A stretch of 63,133 bases of DNA, counting the filler, from Octopus bimaculoides (lineage: Eukaryota): NCBI RefSeq assembly GCF_001194135.2. It is 7 parts of 6 records of this genome, joined end to end, with 100 filler letters (N's around TTAATTAATTAA, not from the genome) between each part and the next. Parts side by side here need not be neighbours in the genome. Positions count along the whole stretch, not along the records: positions 34,239 to 51,160 come from NC_068984.1; positions 51,261 to 58,705 come from NC_068985.1; 5 more parts are not named here. One strand, 5' to 3'. A program made the position numbers and the translations under genes. Position 1 is the first letter of the stretch; each line of letters begins with the position of its first letter. Under the pieces are notes generated by a model. It had not been told where the DNA came from and ran no database searches. It was given only the letters and a program-made list of their open reading frames with translations. Of this stretch, positions 40,562-52,895 are shown piece by piece.

Positions 40562-40596
40562 ATGGCGGCGTCTGTTGTTGTTCATGACAGTGTCAG
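40562..40596 (+). CDS. Candidate first coding exon (MAASVVVHDSV)
   Basis: AACATGGCGGCG start context (YY1/Kozak-like) followed by donor CAG|GTGAAT. No downstream exons identified. Confidence 0.3.
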
Positions 40597-41451
40597 GTGA
40601 ATGACTACACGGCATCTGATATATGACGTCCGCGTATCAAATAAATGTATTTATTTAATGTTATTACAGGGTAAACATTGTAGATGTACATGATAGTGAG
40701 ACGTAAACACGCGTATATATATATATATATATATGAATTCATACATACATACATACATACATACACGCATACATGCACATATGCAAACATTCCTATATAT
40801 CACTGTGTGTCTGTAAGTATATTTGAAGGTATGAATGTCTCTCTCCATCTTTATATANNNNNNNNNNNNNNNNNNNNNNNNNNNNNNNNNNNNNNNNNNN
40901 NNNNNNNNNNNNNNNNNNNNNNNNNNNNNNNNNNNNNNNNNNNNNNNNNNNNNNNNNNNNNNNNNNNNNNNNNNNNNNNNNNNNNNNNNNNNNNNNNNNN
41001 NNNNNNNNNNNNNNNNNNNNNNNNNNNNNNNNNNNNNNNNNNNNNNNNNNNNNNNNNNNNNNNNNNNNNNNNNNNNNNNNNNNNNNNNNNNNNNNNNNNN
41101 NNNNNNNNNNNNNNNNNNNNNNNNNNNNNNNNNNNNNNNNNNNNNNNNNNNNNNNNNNNNNNNNNNNNNNNNNNNNNNNNNNNNNNNNNNNNNNNNNNNN
41201 NNNNNNNNNNNNNNNNNNNNNNNNNNNNNNNNNNNNNNNNNNNNNNNNNNNNNNNNNNNNNNNNNNNNNNNNNNNNNNNNNNNNNNNNNNNNNNNNNNNN
41301 NNNNNNNNNNNNNNNNNNNNNNNNNNNNNNNNNNNNNNNNNNNNNNNNNNNNNTATATATATACATGTATATGGCAAAATGAAGTGGAGTGACAAAGTTT
41401 ATTTAGTAATAACATTAAAGCAAAGATGCTGACCACATACAGATGGGCGTG

Positions 41452-41493
<42 letters not shown>

Positions 41494-41848
41494 TGTGTGT
41501 CTACGTGCGTGCGTGAGTGTGCCTATACTTGTGCGAGTGTGTGTTTGTGTGTGTGTTTTAGTATAAGGAATAATTTAATAATACGTTCAATTAGGGAAAT
41601 TGGACAGACATCTATTATGATGTCAATTTAACCGAATGTGTCAACGTCAGTTGTAGGTCAGTGACAACCACTGCTGATATATCTTACGACGGTAGACATA
41701 TACACTCACACGCATACACATATAAACACATATGTATGTACACACATGTATATACATATATTCATAAATACATATACGAGCACATAGCCACACTTATGTC
41801 CAGAGTAAATATCTAGAAAAATATATGAAGAAATCAGTTTTTGCTTAC

Positions 41849-41897
<49 letters not shown>

Positions 41898-42069
41898 CAA
41901 AATAGGTTGACGCGTACTCTAAGAAATAATCTTCTTTAGATGTTGTTTCTGTTTTCCTTTTAATCATCGTATTTCTCTCCTTTTTTTCCATTTCTAGTTG
42001 CGTTTTATTGGTTGGATTGCTGTTGTTCTTCTTCGTTCGCGTCTTCTTTCCTGCTACCGCCACTACTAC

Positions 42070-42094
42070 TGCTACAACAACAACAACAACAACA

Positions 42095-42153
<59 letters not shown>

Positions 42154-42273
42154 AACAACAACAACAACAACACCTTCAATTTCTTCTACTTTTTCTTCCT
42201 CTCCTACATTTTTTATCTTATTCCGTGTCTTCGTCTTCTTTATCTCCTTCTTCTTCTTCTTCTTCTTCTTCTT

Positions 42274-42304
<31 letters not shown>

Positions 42305-42382
42305 TTTTTCTTCTTCTTCTTTTTCTTCTTCTTTTTCTTCTTCTTTTTCTTCTTCTTTTTCTTCTTCTTTTTCTTCTTCTTT

Positions 42383-42415
<33 letters not shown>

Positions 42416-42559
42416 TCCTCCTCCTAGTCCTCCTCCTCCTCCTCCTCCTACTACTACTACTACTACTACTTCTATTTCTTCTACTTCTTCCTCTCCTACA
42501 TTTATTATCTTATTCCTTTTCTTCTTTTTCTTCTTCTTCTTCTTCTTCTTCTTCTTCTT

Positions 42560-42590
<31 letters not shown>

Positions 42591-42625
42591 CACTACTACT
42601 ACAACCACCACCACCACTGCTACTA
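42070..42625. repeat. Mosaic trinucleotide microsatellite (CAA/CTA/CTT/CCT)
   Basis: Seen directly. Confidence 0.95.
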
Positions 42626-42902
42626 CTACTATTGCTTCCGCCTTGTCCTCCTTTGTTTCCTTCCTTCGAGTTTACGTCGATCACCAACACATACACCATG
42701 TACACAACAACACGGTCCACCCCTGTCACTGCTTTCCCCCCCTCCTGTGTTTTGAAATCCCGTGACTTGACGTTAACTGAAGAAGAGGAAGACGGAGCTG
42801 AGCGGATCTTGGAGAACTGCGGCCGTAGAAGGAGGGCGTTTGAAAATGGCTACTGGCTGATGTCTTGCTGCAACATATAGAAAGGTTGATGTGGTCGCCA
42901 AG

Positions 42903-42969
42903 ATGTCTACAGCTGAACGAAAACGGCAATACAGCAACCACAACCACAGCAACAACAATATAAGCAAAA
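42903..42969 (+). CDS. Candidate first coding exon ([22 protein letters not shown])
   Basis: GCCAAGATGT context and donor AAA|GTAAGT, within a CpG-containing unique island (42630-43040) between two large microsatellite blocks. Confidence 0.25.
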
Positions 42970-43047
42970 GTAAGTCCCTAAACGGGCAGCCACAACAAGA
43001 GCAAGAAGAAGCACAGCTGAAACAACAACCACAGCAATATGTATAAG

Positions 43048-43298
43048 ACAGAAAGAAAGAAAGGAGGAAAGATAGAAAGGAGGAAAGAAAGAAAGAAAGA
43101 AAGAAAGAAGGAAGGAAGAAAGAAAGAAGGAAGGGAGGAAGAAAGGAAGGAGGAAAGGAAGAAAGAAAGAAAGAAGGAAGGGAGGAAGAAAGGAAGGAAG
43201 GAAGAAAGGAAGGAAGATAGAAAGGTGGAAAGAAAGAAAGAAAGAAAGAAAGAAAGGAAGGAAGGAAGGAAGGAAGGAAGGAAGGAAGGAAGGAAGAG

Positions 43299-43345
<47 letters not shown>

Positions 43346-43367
43346 GAGGAAGGAAGGAAGGAAGGAA

Positions 43368-43405
<38 letters not shown>

Positions 43406-43665
43406 AGGAAGGAAGGAAAGAAAGGAAGAAAGAAAGAAAGAAAGAAAGAAGGAAAGAAAGAAAGAAAGAAAGAAAGAAAGAGAGGAAGGAAGAAAGAAAG
43501 AAAGAAAGAAAGAAAGGAAAGAAGGAAGAAAGAAAAAAGAAAGGAAGAAAGAAAGAAAGAAAGAAAGGAAGAAAGGAAGGAAGGAAGGAAGGAAGAAAGA
43601 AAGAAAGGAAGGAAGAGAGAAAGAAAGAATGAAAGAAAGAAGGAAGGAAGGATGGAAGGAAGAAA

Positions 43666-43706
<41 letters not shown>

Positions 43707-43982
43707 GAAGGAAGAAAGAAAGAAGGAAAGAAAGAAATAAAGAAAGAAGGAAGGAAGGATGGAAGGAAGGAAGAAAGGAAGGAAGGAAGGAAGGAAGGAA
43801 AGAAAGAAAGAAAGAAAAAAATAAAGAAAGAAAGAAAGAAAGGAAGAAAGAAAGAAAGAAAGAAAGAAAAAAGAAAGACAGAAAAAAAGAAAGAAAGAAA
43901 AAAATAAAGAAAGAATAAAGAAAGAAAGAAACAAACAAACAAACAAGGAAGGAAGGAAGGAAAGAAAGAAAGAAAGAAAGAA
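43048..43982. repeat. ~930-bp (GAAA/GGAA)n polypurine tract
   Basis: Seen directly; it is the source of the 423-aa, 388-aa and 322-aa spurious ORFs. Confidence 0.95.
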
Positions 43983-44062
43983 ATGAACACAACCTCAACT
44001 CGAACAATAGTAGAACAGCAAAAGAATAATGTAGCAATCGCCACAACATGAGAAGGTATAAC

Positions 44063-44722
44063 GACCCGAGCAAAATAGAAATGAAAAAATAGCGTAATAG
44101 ATGTACAACGACTTGCTATAAACGAATATGAAAAATGCGCACTCGCGAACGGGGGTCGGGGAGAGGACTCGGAAAATTCCCATCGTCAGGCCATGGACTT
44201 TAAACTCTAGTGTTTGACCCAAGCAAAATAGAAATTAAAAAATAGTGTAATAGGTGTACAACGACTTGCTATAAACGAATATGAAAAATGCGCACTCGCG
44301 AACGGGCTCGAGGAGAGGACTCGGAAAATTCCCATCGTCAGGCCATGGACTTTAAACTCTAGTGTTTGACCCGAGCAAAATCGAAATAAAAAAATAGCGT
44401 AATAGGTGTACAACGACTTGCTATAAACGAATATGAAAAATGCGCACTCGCGAACGGGGTCGGGGAGAGGACTCGGAAAATTCCCATCGTCAGGCCATGG
44501 ACTTTAAACTCTAGTGTTTGACCCGAACAAAATAGAAATGAAAAAACAGTGTAATAGGTATACAACACGACTTGCTATAAACGAATATGAAAAAAGCGCA
44601 CTCGCGAACGGAGGTCGGGGAGAGGACTCGGAAAATTCCCATCGTCAGGCCATGGACTTTAAACTCTAGTGTTTGACCCGAGTAAAATAGAAATTAAAAA
44701 ATAGTGTAATAGGTTTAAAACG
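44063..44722. repeat. Tandem satellite, ~4.3 copies of a 152-155-bp CpG-rich unit
   Basis: Units start with GACCC at 44063, 44216, 44368, 44520 and 44675 and are highly similar. Confidence 0.95.
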
Positions 44723-45060
44723 ACATGTCCTTTTAACTCCAGTGTTTACCCAAGGTGCCAATCTGGGATTGTACCCTGAACCGTGTGGTTGGGAAGAATA
44801 TCCATTTTCTTTAGGGAAAAAATCGGATCGTGTGAATTGTCCTGTTCTTCTTCCCCCTCCTCTGCCAGTAAGTGTTTTCAACCATAGCCTCGGGCCGACC
44901 AACGTGTCCTGGAGGCCGAAGGTAGCATTTCAGACTAAAGAATTATCTATGCTATAAACGAAGATGAAAACAAAAAATTGCGCGCAAAACTTTTACGATT
45001 TTGTCTTTTACATAATGGTATTAACAAAATTAATTGAAGAGTGAGTGTTTGTAAGCCATC

Positions 45061-45104
<44 letters not shown>

Positions 45105-46797
45105 NNNNNNNNNNNNNNNNNNNNNNNNNNNNNNNNNNNNNNNNNNNNNAATGGTTGGTTTCAATCTCATCTCACTTCTCTCTTCAGACTCGCGCCTTCG
45201 GTTTTCTACAGCCATCCTTGCTTTATACTTGTTTCTGGAGAGATTACATCTTTTCTGTGTTTCTCCCGCTCATTCCGTAAAAATTTATTTGAAGAGAGCA
45301 GAAATTGAAAGAAGAGAAAGCGAAAAGGACAGAGAAAGAAAGTGAAAGATGTACGTACGTCTATATGAAATGGACGTGTGTGTGTGTGTGCGTGCGTGCA
45401 TGAGCGTGTGTGAGAGGGAGAGAAAGAGAGTGACAAAGAGAGATAGAGTGAGTGAGTGAAGGTGTGTGTCGTGATGACTAATGTCTTTTTAAGGTACACA
45501 CACATATAGACTATGTGACGTCATCGTTTAAAATGTTTACTATAGTTGAGTTGATTTATGGAAAAGATTATAATGTTTGAAATGCAAAGATGTGAATGGA
45601 CATTAAGTTTAATTTGTAGCCGAAATAGCACTAAATCTTTTGATACCTCAATCGTCAAAATTTATAACTCGTTTTGGAATGCATGAGGAATATATTTATG
45701 TATAGAACAGACATCTTTCAAACTGAAACTATTATCTCACATTACAATAGAGATGTAATGCTGAAATAGTGTAAGAGATAAGAGATTGCTCTGGGCTCGC
45801 ATTAGGCAAAAAGTTGGAAATTTTGGGGGCCCATGAAACTGCATGGACCTTGGCTTTTGTATTTGACGCGCATTTTTTTCATATTCGTTTACAGCAAGTT
45901 GTTTTATACCTAATACACTATCTATTTCTCTTTTTTTTTTCTCGGGTCAAACCCTTTAGTTTGACCAAGTATCTAATACCAGACGACAAAGAAATATGAG
46001 GAGAAGCGAGAAGAATATAAACGAATGCCTCCGAATATGGCATCAGCCTAGAGACTTCTGGTGAAAGGCATGCCTTTAGGTTACACGCGTTTCCTGTTGA
46101 TGTAGAAGGGTTCAAAATGAAAGCGCGTAGGCAATGCTGCAAATAGCTTTTAGAAGACTTTGTACACAGAAAAGCACGATGTAAATGGTTTCCATTATTT
46201 TTTGCCGAACAAGTTCTTGTTCAAAAGTCATTGCTTAAAAATATCATGGCCGAAAACGGGCATCGAAGCAAAGTCACTTGCTGAACGACCTTTATAGTCG
46301 CAATATTAAGTGATGGTTTCGAGACCAGCAGTGCAATGATTCTCGTTTCTGGGTAATTCAACGTGGCTGATGATTCGTAGGTATAATAAACCAAGGTAGA
46401 AGCATCCGTAACGGTTGCTAAAAGGATGAATTGATCGGCCACCGATTGTCAGACATTTCATCAAACACTGTGAAAAACAAAAAATCGCTGAATAAAGGGA
46501 AGTTACTCCAATAGGCGTGGGGAAAGTAAAACTTCGTTCATAGAATCTGCATATGCATACATGTACACATATATACATACACGTACGCACGTACTCACAC
46601 TAACACATGCATATATATATATATATATATATATAGTCACACACGTGTACATACACAGACACACACAAACACACATATATACATGCATACACGCTTACAC
46701 GCACATGCATACATATATCTGACCATGCACACATCATTGTGTTCATGTACACATCTCTATAGGCACATGCACATACATACGTGAATATACATGTATG

Positions 46798-46832
<35 letters not shown>

Positions 46833-47007
46833 ATGTATATATACATGTGTGTGTTTGTGTGGTTGTGGGTGGGTGTGTTAATGTTTGTTTTATGTTTAGT
46901 AATAATAATAACACGGTTTCACATTAATCTCAGTGGTTATTCCTTACTTTCGTAGAATACCATTCTTAAACAAGAATGTAGTTGATAGCGGCATGTGTGT
47001 GTGCGTG

Positions 47008-47046
<39 letters not shown>

Positions 47047-47354
47047 ATGTTGAACGAGTGCTGTTTAAATAAATTCTCCTCTCTGATTTCACAGAGACAA
47101 ATAATTATCACTAACAATTCAAAATATGAGACGTGAGACAATATATAAAGGACATATCTTAACTTATTCAGCATTTTTCGTTACTTACACGAACATTAAA
47201 CTGTTTACAGTAGCGTAAACATCTCTACCACTCCTGCCCATTTGTACGTTGTACAATTACATATACACACAACAGCAAACATGTCTGCATATTATACATT
47301 AATTATTACATATATACATACATACATACCTACATACATACATGCATACATACA

Positions 47355-47390
<36 letters not shown>

Positions 47391-48009
47391 TATGTACAAG
47401 TAGGTATATAAATATATATATGAATGTAGGCATGAGAATATATACGCATGCATACCCATTGAAACAACTTTGAAAACGCAAACAAACAACAGACACAAAC
47501 ATGGCTACACACTCGCTCATTAGATTTATACAGCATGTATGTTATCTGAAATATAAATGTCGATCAGTGAAACTAAGCAACACTTTTCAATCGACAACAA
47601 ATTTTAAACATGGAGACAGAGACAGCTCTCAAACATTTAACAATGTTTTATTCACTTCACTTCTACATTGTATAACATCATGTTCAGGTCAATTAGAAAT
47701 GGTAGCTATAGAATTCCAAACTCTTTGAGTTCTGTTGCTGTTGTTTTCTGGTCTATTACACTAAACATTTTTTTTTCTCTTTCGCTATCAACATTTCTAC
47801 GTAGACATTACATACAAGTGTTCTTTAGTGCCATATTTCTATGTATAATGCGTCTCTTGGTACCTATATATATATATGTGTGTATGTGTGCGTGCGCGCG
47901 TGTGTGTGTACATATACATACACACATACATATATATGTTAGACATTGATATATAGATACATATATATTGTTTTATATACAAATATTTCTACTTACTTAA
48001 AGTACATAA

Positions 48010-48050
<41 letters not shown>

Positions 48051-48716
48051 NNNNNNNNNNNNNNNNNNNNNNNNNNNNNNNNNNNNNNNNNNNNNNNNNN
48101 NNNNNNNNNNNNNNNNNNNNNNNNNNNNNNNNNNNNNNNNNNNNNNNNNNNNNNNNNNNNNNNNNNNNNNNNNNNNNNNNNNNNNNNNNNNNNNNNNNNN
48201 NNNNNNNNNNNNNNNNNNNNNNNNNNNNNNNNNNNNNNNNNNNNNNNNNNNNNNNNNNNNNNNNNNNNNNNNNNNNNNNNNNNNNNNNNNNNNNNNNNNN
48301 NNNNNNNNNNNNNNNNNNNNNNNNNNNNNNNNNNNNNNNNNNNNNNNNNNNNNNNNNNNNNNNNNNNNNNNNNNNNNNNNNNNNNNNNNNNNNNNNNNNN
48401 NNNNNNNNNNNNNNNNNNNNNNNNNNNNNNNNNNNNNNNNNNNNNNNNNNNNNNNNNNNNNNNNNNNNNNNNNNNNNNNNNNNNNNNNNNNNNNNNNNNN
48501 NNNNNNNNNNNNNNNNNNNNNNNNNNNNNNNNNNNNNNNNNNNNNNNNNNNNNNNNNNNNNNNNNNNNNNNNNNNNNNNNNNNNNNNNNCTGTGGGGTGG
48601 GGTGAGAGAAAGAGGGGTACGGGGTTGAAATCGGACTGCAAATTTGAGATTAACGATCCGAAAATCAAACAAAAATAACCACCAATAAATAATCTAAAAC
48701 GAAAACAACGCAGACC

Positions 48717-48812
<96 letters not shown>

Positions 48813-49254
48813 TAAAGAAAAAAATGTATAAAATGCATGAAGACTTAATCTCTTCCACGTATTAATGTTTGTTTAGTTTTACAATAGAACATGAAGCAAT
48901 TGCTATCATCTTAGCGTAAATTGTTTTCGGCTTTATTTATTCTTTAAAACGTTTATATTTCAATTGCATTACAGAATCCTTACAGACATTTACGAATAAC
49001 TCACAAACTCTGTTATGCTGCCATTGAATATATTGTTGATGTTACAAGTGGGAGTGGAATTGTTATCAACTGAAGCGTAATCTAATTTTCCTGTAACTTA
49101 ATTCAGTCATTGGATTGCGGCCGTGTCTCTTTTGATTTTAAGTGTGATGTATGTTCTATCAATCGTTGTTTGATGAGACGTTAAGATGCGGGCATGCAAA
49201 ACGAACTCATGCCAGTTGTCAAATAGCACAAAGTCGACACCCACATACTCTTTA

Positions 49255-49417
49255 CTCGTTACTCTTTTACTTGTTTCAGTCATTTGACTGCGGCCATGCT
49301 GGAGCACCGCCTTTAGTCGAGGAAATCNNNNNNNNNNACACTTGCCCAAGGTGCCACGCAGTGGGACTGAACCCGAAACCATGTGGTTGGTAAGCAAGCT
49401 TCTTACCACACAGCCAC
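49255..49417 (-). mobile_element. SINE family B copy (gapped)
   Basis: Same head and tail motifs as the other family B copies. Confidence 0.8.
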
Positions 49418-49713
49418 TCTTTCGCCTACATTTACATTTATATACATTTACATACTTAAACGCACACACACACACACATGTATGTATGCATATATGTAAG
49501 TATGTATGTTATGTATTATGTGGGGGCGGGCAATTTTGTGCTTTCATTCACTAGTTGACAACTAGCTTCTTTATTAGTTGACAACTGGCGTTGGTTTGTT
49601 TTCATCCACGCAAATTCATATCCTCCTCCTCTGTTTCTGTGATACTTTCTCTCCTACTGTGAGTAACGAAGACTAATATTCATACTCACCCTTCACCTCT
49701 TATGTTAACACAT

Positions 49714-49744
<31 letters not shown>

Positions 49745-49819
49745 CTTCCCCCTCTCTCTATATGATATAAGGTATCATATTCGCAAATCCAGCAAACAAA
49801 CAGCATTTATATCGGCTGA

Positions 49820-49871
<52 letters not shown>

Positions 49872-50774
49872 AAGAGAGAGAGAGAATGAGTGAAAGAGGG
49901 AGAAATAGATAGGTGATGGATGTATGGAATTTCTCAGTGTGAGTCCGTTAACGTATATTTTGCTCGCCCTCCTTCCCCTAACAGAATATTCACAACAAAA
50001 TATGAAGTAAATTTGTGTACTAGAAATCATAGAGACGGTTGATCTGAACCTTTGAATGGAACGCCTGTTCATTCATTTACAGCTGACAGAATTGTAGAAT
50101 CGAGAAGGGAACCGTTTTGGTCAAAACCACAACGCAGCGGTAGATATAACAAATAAGCACACGTCAGTTAGAAACGGATGGTGAGTCCATCCTCGTCACT
50201 ACACCAAATACTAGTCGCTACAACGATTCAATATAATGGTTTCAGATTTCTTGCACAAGACTAGTAATTACGAGGGAGGAGATTAAGTCGATTCATACTG
50301 AAACGATGAAAGGGAAATCGACCACGGCGGATTTTGAACGGACGAAGCACTGCAATGCATTTTGCATGGCACGGTAGAGATTCTGCCAGCTCGCCGCCTT
50401 AACAACGATTTAATATATTGCAACAATAACAATAGCAACAGAGAAATTATAACAATAAATATTAAATGAGATTCGGAAACATCCTGAACTTATAGCATAT
50501 TAGATTTTTATATGAGGAGAGATATATATTTAGGATGTTTCCCATATTAACATTACCAATATATAACACATGCTGGGAGAAATATGAAATTACATCGCTA
50601 GAAGAATTGTCTGATACCAAAAGAAGTTGTTAGCGTAGGAGCTGCAGAAGGATCGATATTGAATGCCAATGCGTTAATTCTGGAAAAGTATAACTTACAT
50701 GAATACATATATACGTACATAAATATATGTGCTTGTACATATATACTTATATATATATATTATACATATACATG

Positions 50775-50852
<78 letters not shown>

Positions 50853-51122
50853 TAGATAGATAGATAGATGTATTGTGTAATCGTGTTCATATGATGGATT
50901 CTGAAAAGATCGATAGATGGATTGTAGGGTCGTATCTAATAATGGAAAACATCAAAATGGCTGGTGATTGATTTGCGAAGGTGATACATGTTTTTGATGC
51001 ATTCATAAAGGCATGGATCTTTACAGAGAAGCGCATACACACGCACCAACACCAACACACACACATACACGTGTTCATAGCATAAGAATGCACGTATGGT
51101 ATATAATCTATAACAATATCTG

Positions 51123-51160
<38 letters not shown>

Positions 51161-51260
51161 NNNNNNNNNNNNNNNNNNNNNNNNNNNNNNNNNNNNNNNN
51201 NNNNTTAATTAATTAANNNNNNNNNNNNNNNNNNNNNNNNNNNNNNNNNNNNNNNNNNNN
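51161..51260. other. Artificial scaffold linker: 44 N + TTAATTAATTAA + 44 N (core also at 8472, 28945, 34183, 58750, 61636)
   Basis: The same 100-bp structure occurs six times, and its core puts stops in all six frames. Confidence 0.9.
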
Positions 51261-51262
51261 AT

Positions 51263-52168
51263 GAGCTGTTACCTTTGATAGACTCTCATGAGTTGTTGCA
51301 GGCTAAAGTTGAGGAAGTTGTGATCGTGTTGCAGGCACACAAGGCTATGAAGGATGCTACCACTGACCTCAAGACTATTCATGGACATGAACCTCTTACC
51401 TCCAGTAGGATAGGAACAATTCCACCACCAGAACAGAAACAAATGATTGGTGAGACTCTCTTTCCATTGATTCATAATATGTATCCAGATAAGGCTGACA
51501 AGATCACTGGTATGTTGCTGGAGCTTGACAAGGCTGAGCTGTTACCTTTGATGGACTCTTGTGAGTTGTTGCAGGCTAAAGTTGAGGAAGTTGTGATTGT
51601 GTTGCAGGCACACAAGGCTATTAAGGATGCTACCACTGACCTCAAGACTATTCATGGACAAGGACCTCTTACCTCCAGTAGGAAAGGAACAATTCCACCA
51701 CCAGAACAGAAACAAATGATTGGTGAGACTCTCTTTCCATTGATTCATAATATGTATCCAGATAAGGCTGGCAAGATCACTGGTATGTTGCTGGAGCTTG
51801 ACACTTCTGAACTTTTACATATGATAAAGTTTCATGAGTCATTGCTGGCTAAAGTTGAGGAAGCTCTAACTGTATTGCAGGCACACGAGGCTAAGGAAGC
51901 TGCTACCACTGACATCAAGACTATTCATGGACAAGAACCTCTTACCTCCAGTAGGATAGGAACAATTCCACCACCAGAACAGAAACAAATGATTGGTGAG
52001 ACTCTCTTTCCATTGATTCAAAATATGTATCCAAATAAGGCTGGCAAGATCACTGGTATGTTGCTGGAGCTTGACAAGGCTGAGCTGTTACCTTTGATGG
52101 ACTCTTGTGAGTTGTTGCAGGCTAAAGTTGAGGAAGCTATGGTTGCATTGCAGGAAAATTGGGATTAG
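51263..52168 (+). CDS. Tandem MLLE (PABC) domain ORF, 5'-incomplete: 273-bp/91-aa repeats with 3 complete MLLE domains (~51389-51613, 51662-51886, 51935-52165) plus the last helix of a fourth
   Basis: The frame is open from the gap edge to TAG 52166-52168. Each unit reads [45 protein letters not shown]....ELL.AKVEE...VLQAH, which aligns with the PABPC1 C-terminus (QGQEPLTASML..APPQEQKQMLGERLFPLIQ...[21 protein letters not shown]....[15 protein letters not shown]). The 273-bp period is measured from GAGCTGTTACC at 51263 and 51536. Confidence 0.9.
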   Translation, partial: ELLPLIDSHELLQAKVEEVVIVLQAHKAMKDATTDLKTIHGHEPLTSSRIGTIPPPEQKQMIGETLFPLIHNMYPDKADKITGMLLELDKAELLPLMDSCELLQAKVEEVVIVLQAHKAIKDATTDLKTIHGQGPLTSSRKGTIPPPEQKQMIGETLFPLIHNMYPDKAGKITGMLLELDTSELLHMIKFHESLLAKVEEALTVLQAHEAKEAATTDIKTIHGQEPLTSSRIGTIPPPEQKQMIGETLFPLIQNMYPNKAGKITGMLLELDKAELLPLMDSCELLQAKVEEAMVALQENWD

Positions 52169-52367
52169 GAAGCTGCTATCATCAATGCTAGGGGTCATTA
52201 AGAAAGACTGAAGAGAACAAATCAAAAAAACGATAAAGAAAAAACAGCATCAAGTCACAGAGAAGTATAGCAACAGAAAAAGAAATGAAACACAAAAACT
52301 CTTTTTGCCTCTCCCATCATTACGTTTAATATTATTTATCATTTATGTTTATCAACTGATTGCTCAT

Positions 52368-52895
52368 TGTTATTATTATTATTATTATTATTATCATTAT
52401 TATTATTATTATTATTATTATTACTACTATTGCGTTTGCACAGCTTCTAATACTTGAGATGTACTATGGTGTCAGCTATTCACTACCAGTGAACTAAGAT
52501 AACACCTCTTATTATTCAAGCATCTTCTGGAGTATTCGAGTGGTTCCAAGCAATGCTGTTTTCTGCAAGTGCTCCACCCTTATTGCAGCCCCTATTTGTT
52601 CCATGTACTTCTCAAGATTTTTACTCACTGTTCCCAGGGCTCCGAAAATTATTAGTACCACTACCACCTTTTTCATTGACCACAACAGCCTTACCTCCCA
52701 AGCTAACCCGTCATATCTATCGACTTTTCTTTCTTCCTTATTGCATACTTTGTTGTCAGCTGGGCATGCTATATCTATGATCCAGCATAGTTTGCTTTTA
52801 TGTCTGGCTTCCTGTTCTCTACCTCATGGTCGCACTGAATCATAATATCCCACAGGATCTTTGCATTATCATTTTCGATAATGCCTTCGGGATTG
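52368..52895 (-). mobile_element. R4/Dong-like LINE 3' end (RLE) with (AAT)n tail
   Basis: Minus strand: PEGIIENDNAKILWDIMIQCDHEVENRKPD / CWIIDIACPADNKVCNKEERKVDRYDGLAWEV...FGALGTVSKNLEKY...LQKTALLGTTRILQKMLE*. Confidence 0.9.

Noticed and set aside
42773-44073. 423-, 388- and 322-aa ORFs (F/L/S-rich) and K/E/R-rich antisense ORFs
   Set aside because: They are translations of the (GAAA/GGAA)n microsatellite.
44063-44722. CRISPR-like array or hammerhead (CTGACGA-hairpin on the minus strand) in the satellite
   Set aside because: The units are entirely repeated with no unique spacers and there are no cas genes. The hairpin is followed by GAGT rather than GAAA.
45918-46590. Unique sequence with short minus-strand ORFs and a strong acceptor
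   Set aside because: There is no continuous frame or recognisable domain; at most it is UTR or non-coding exon sequence.
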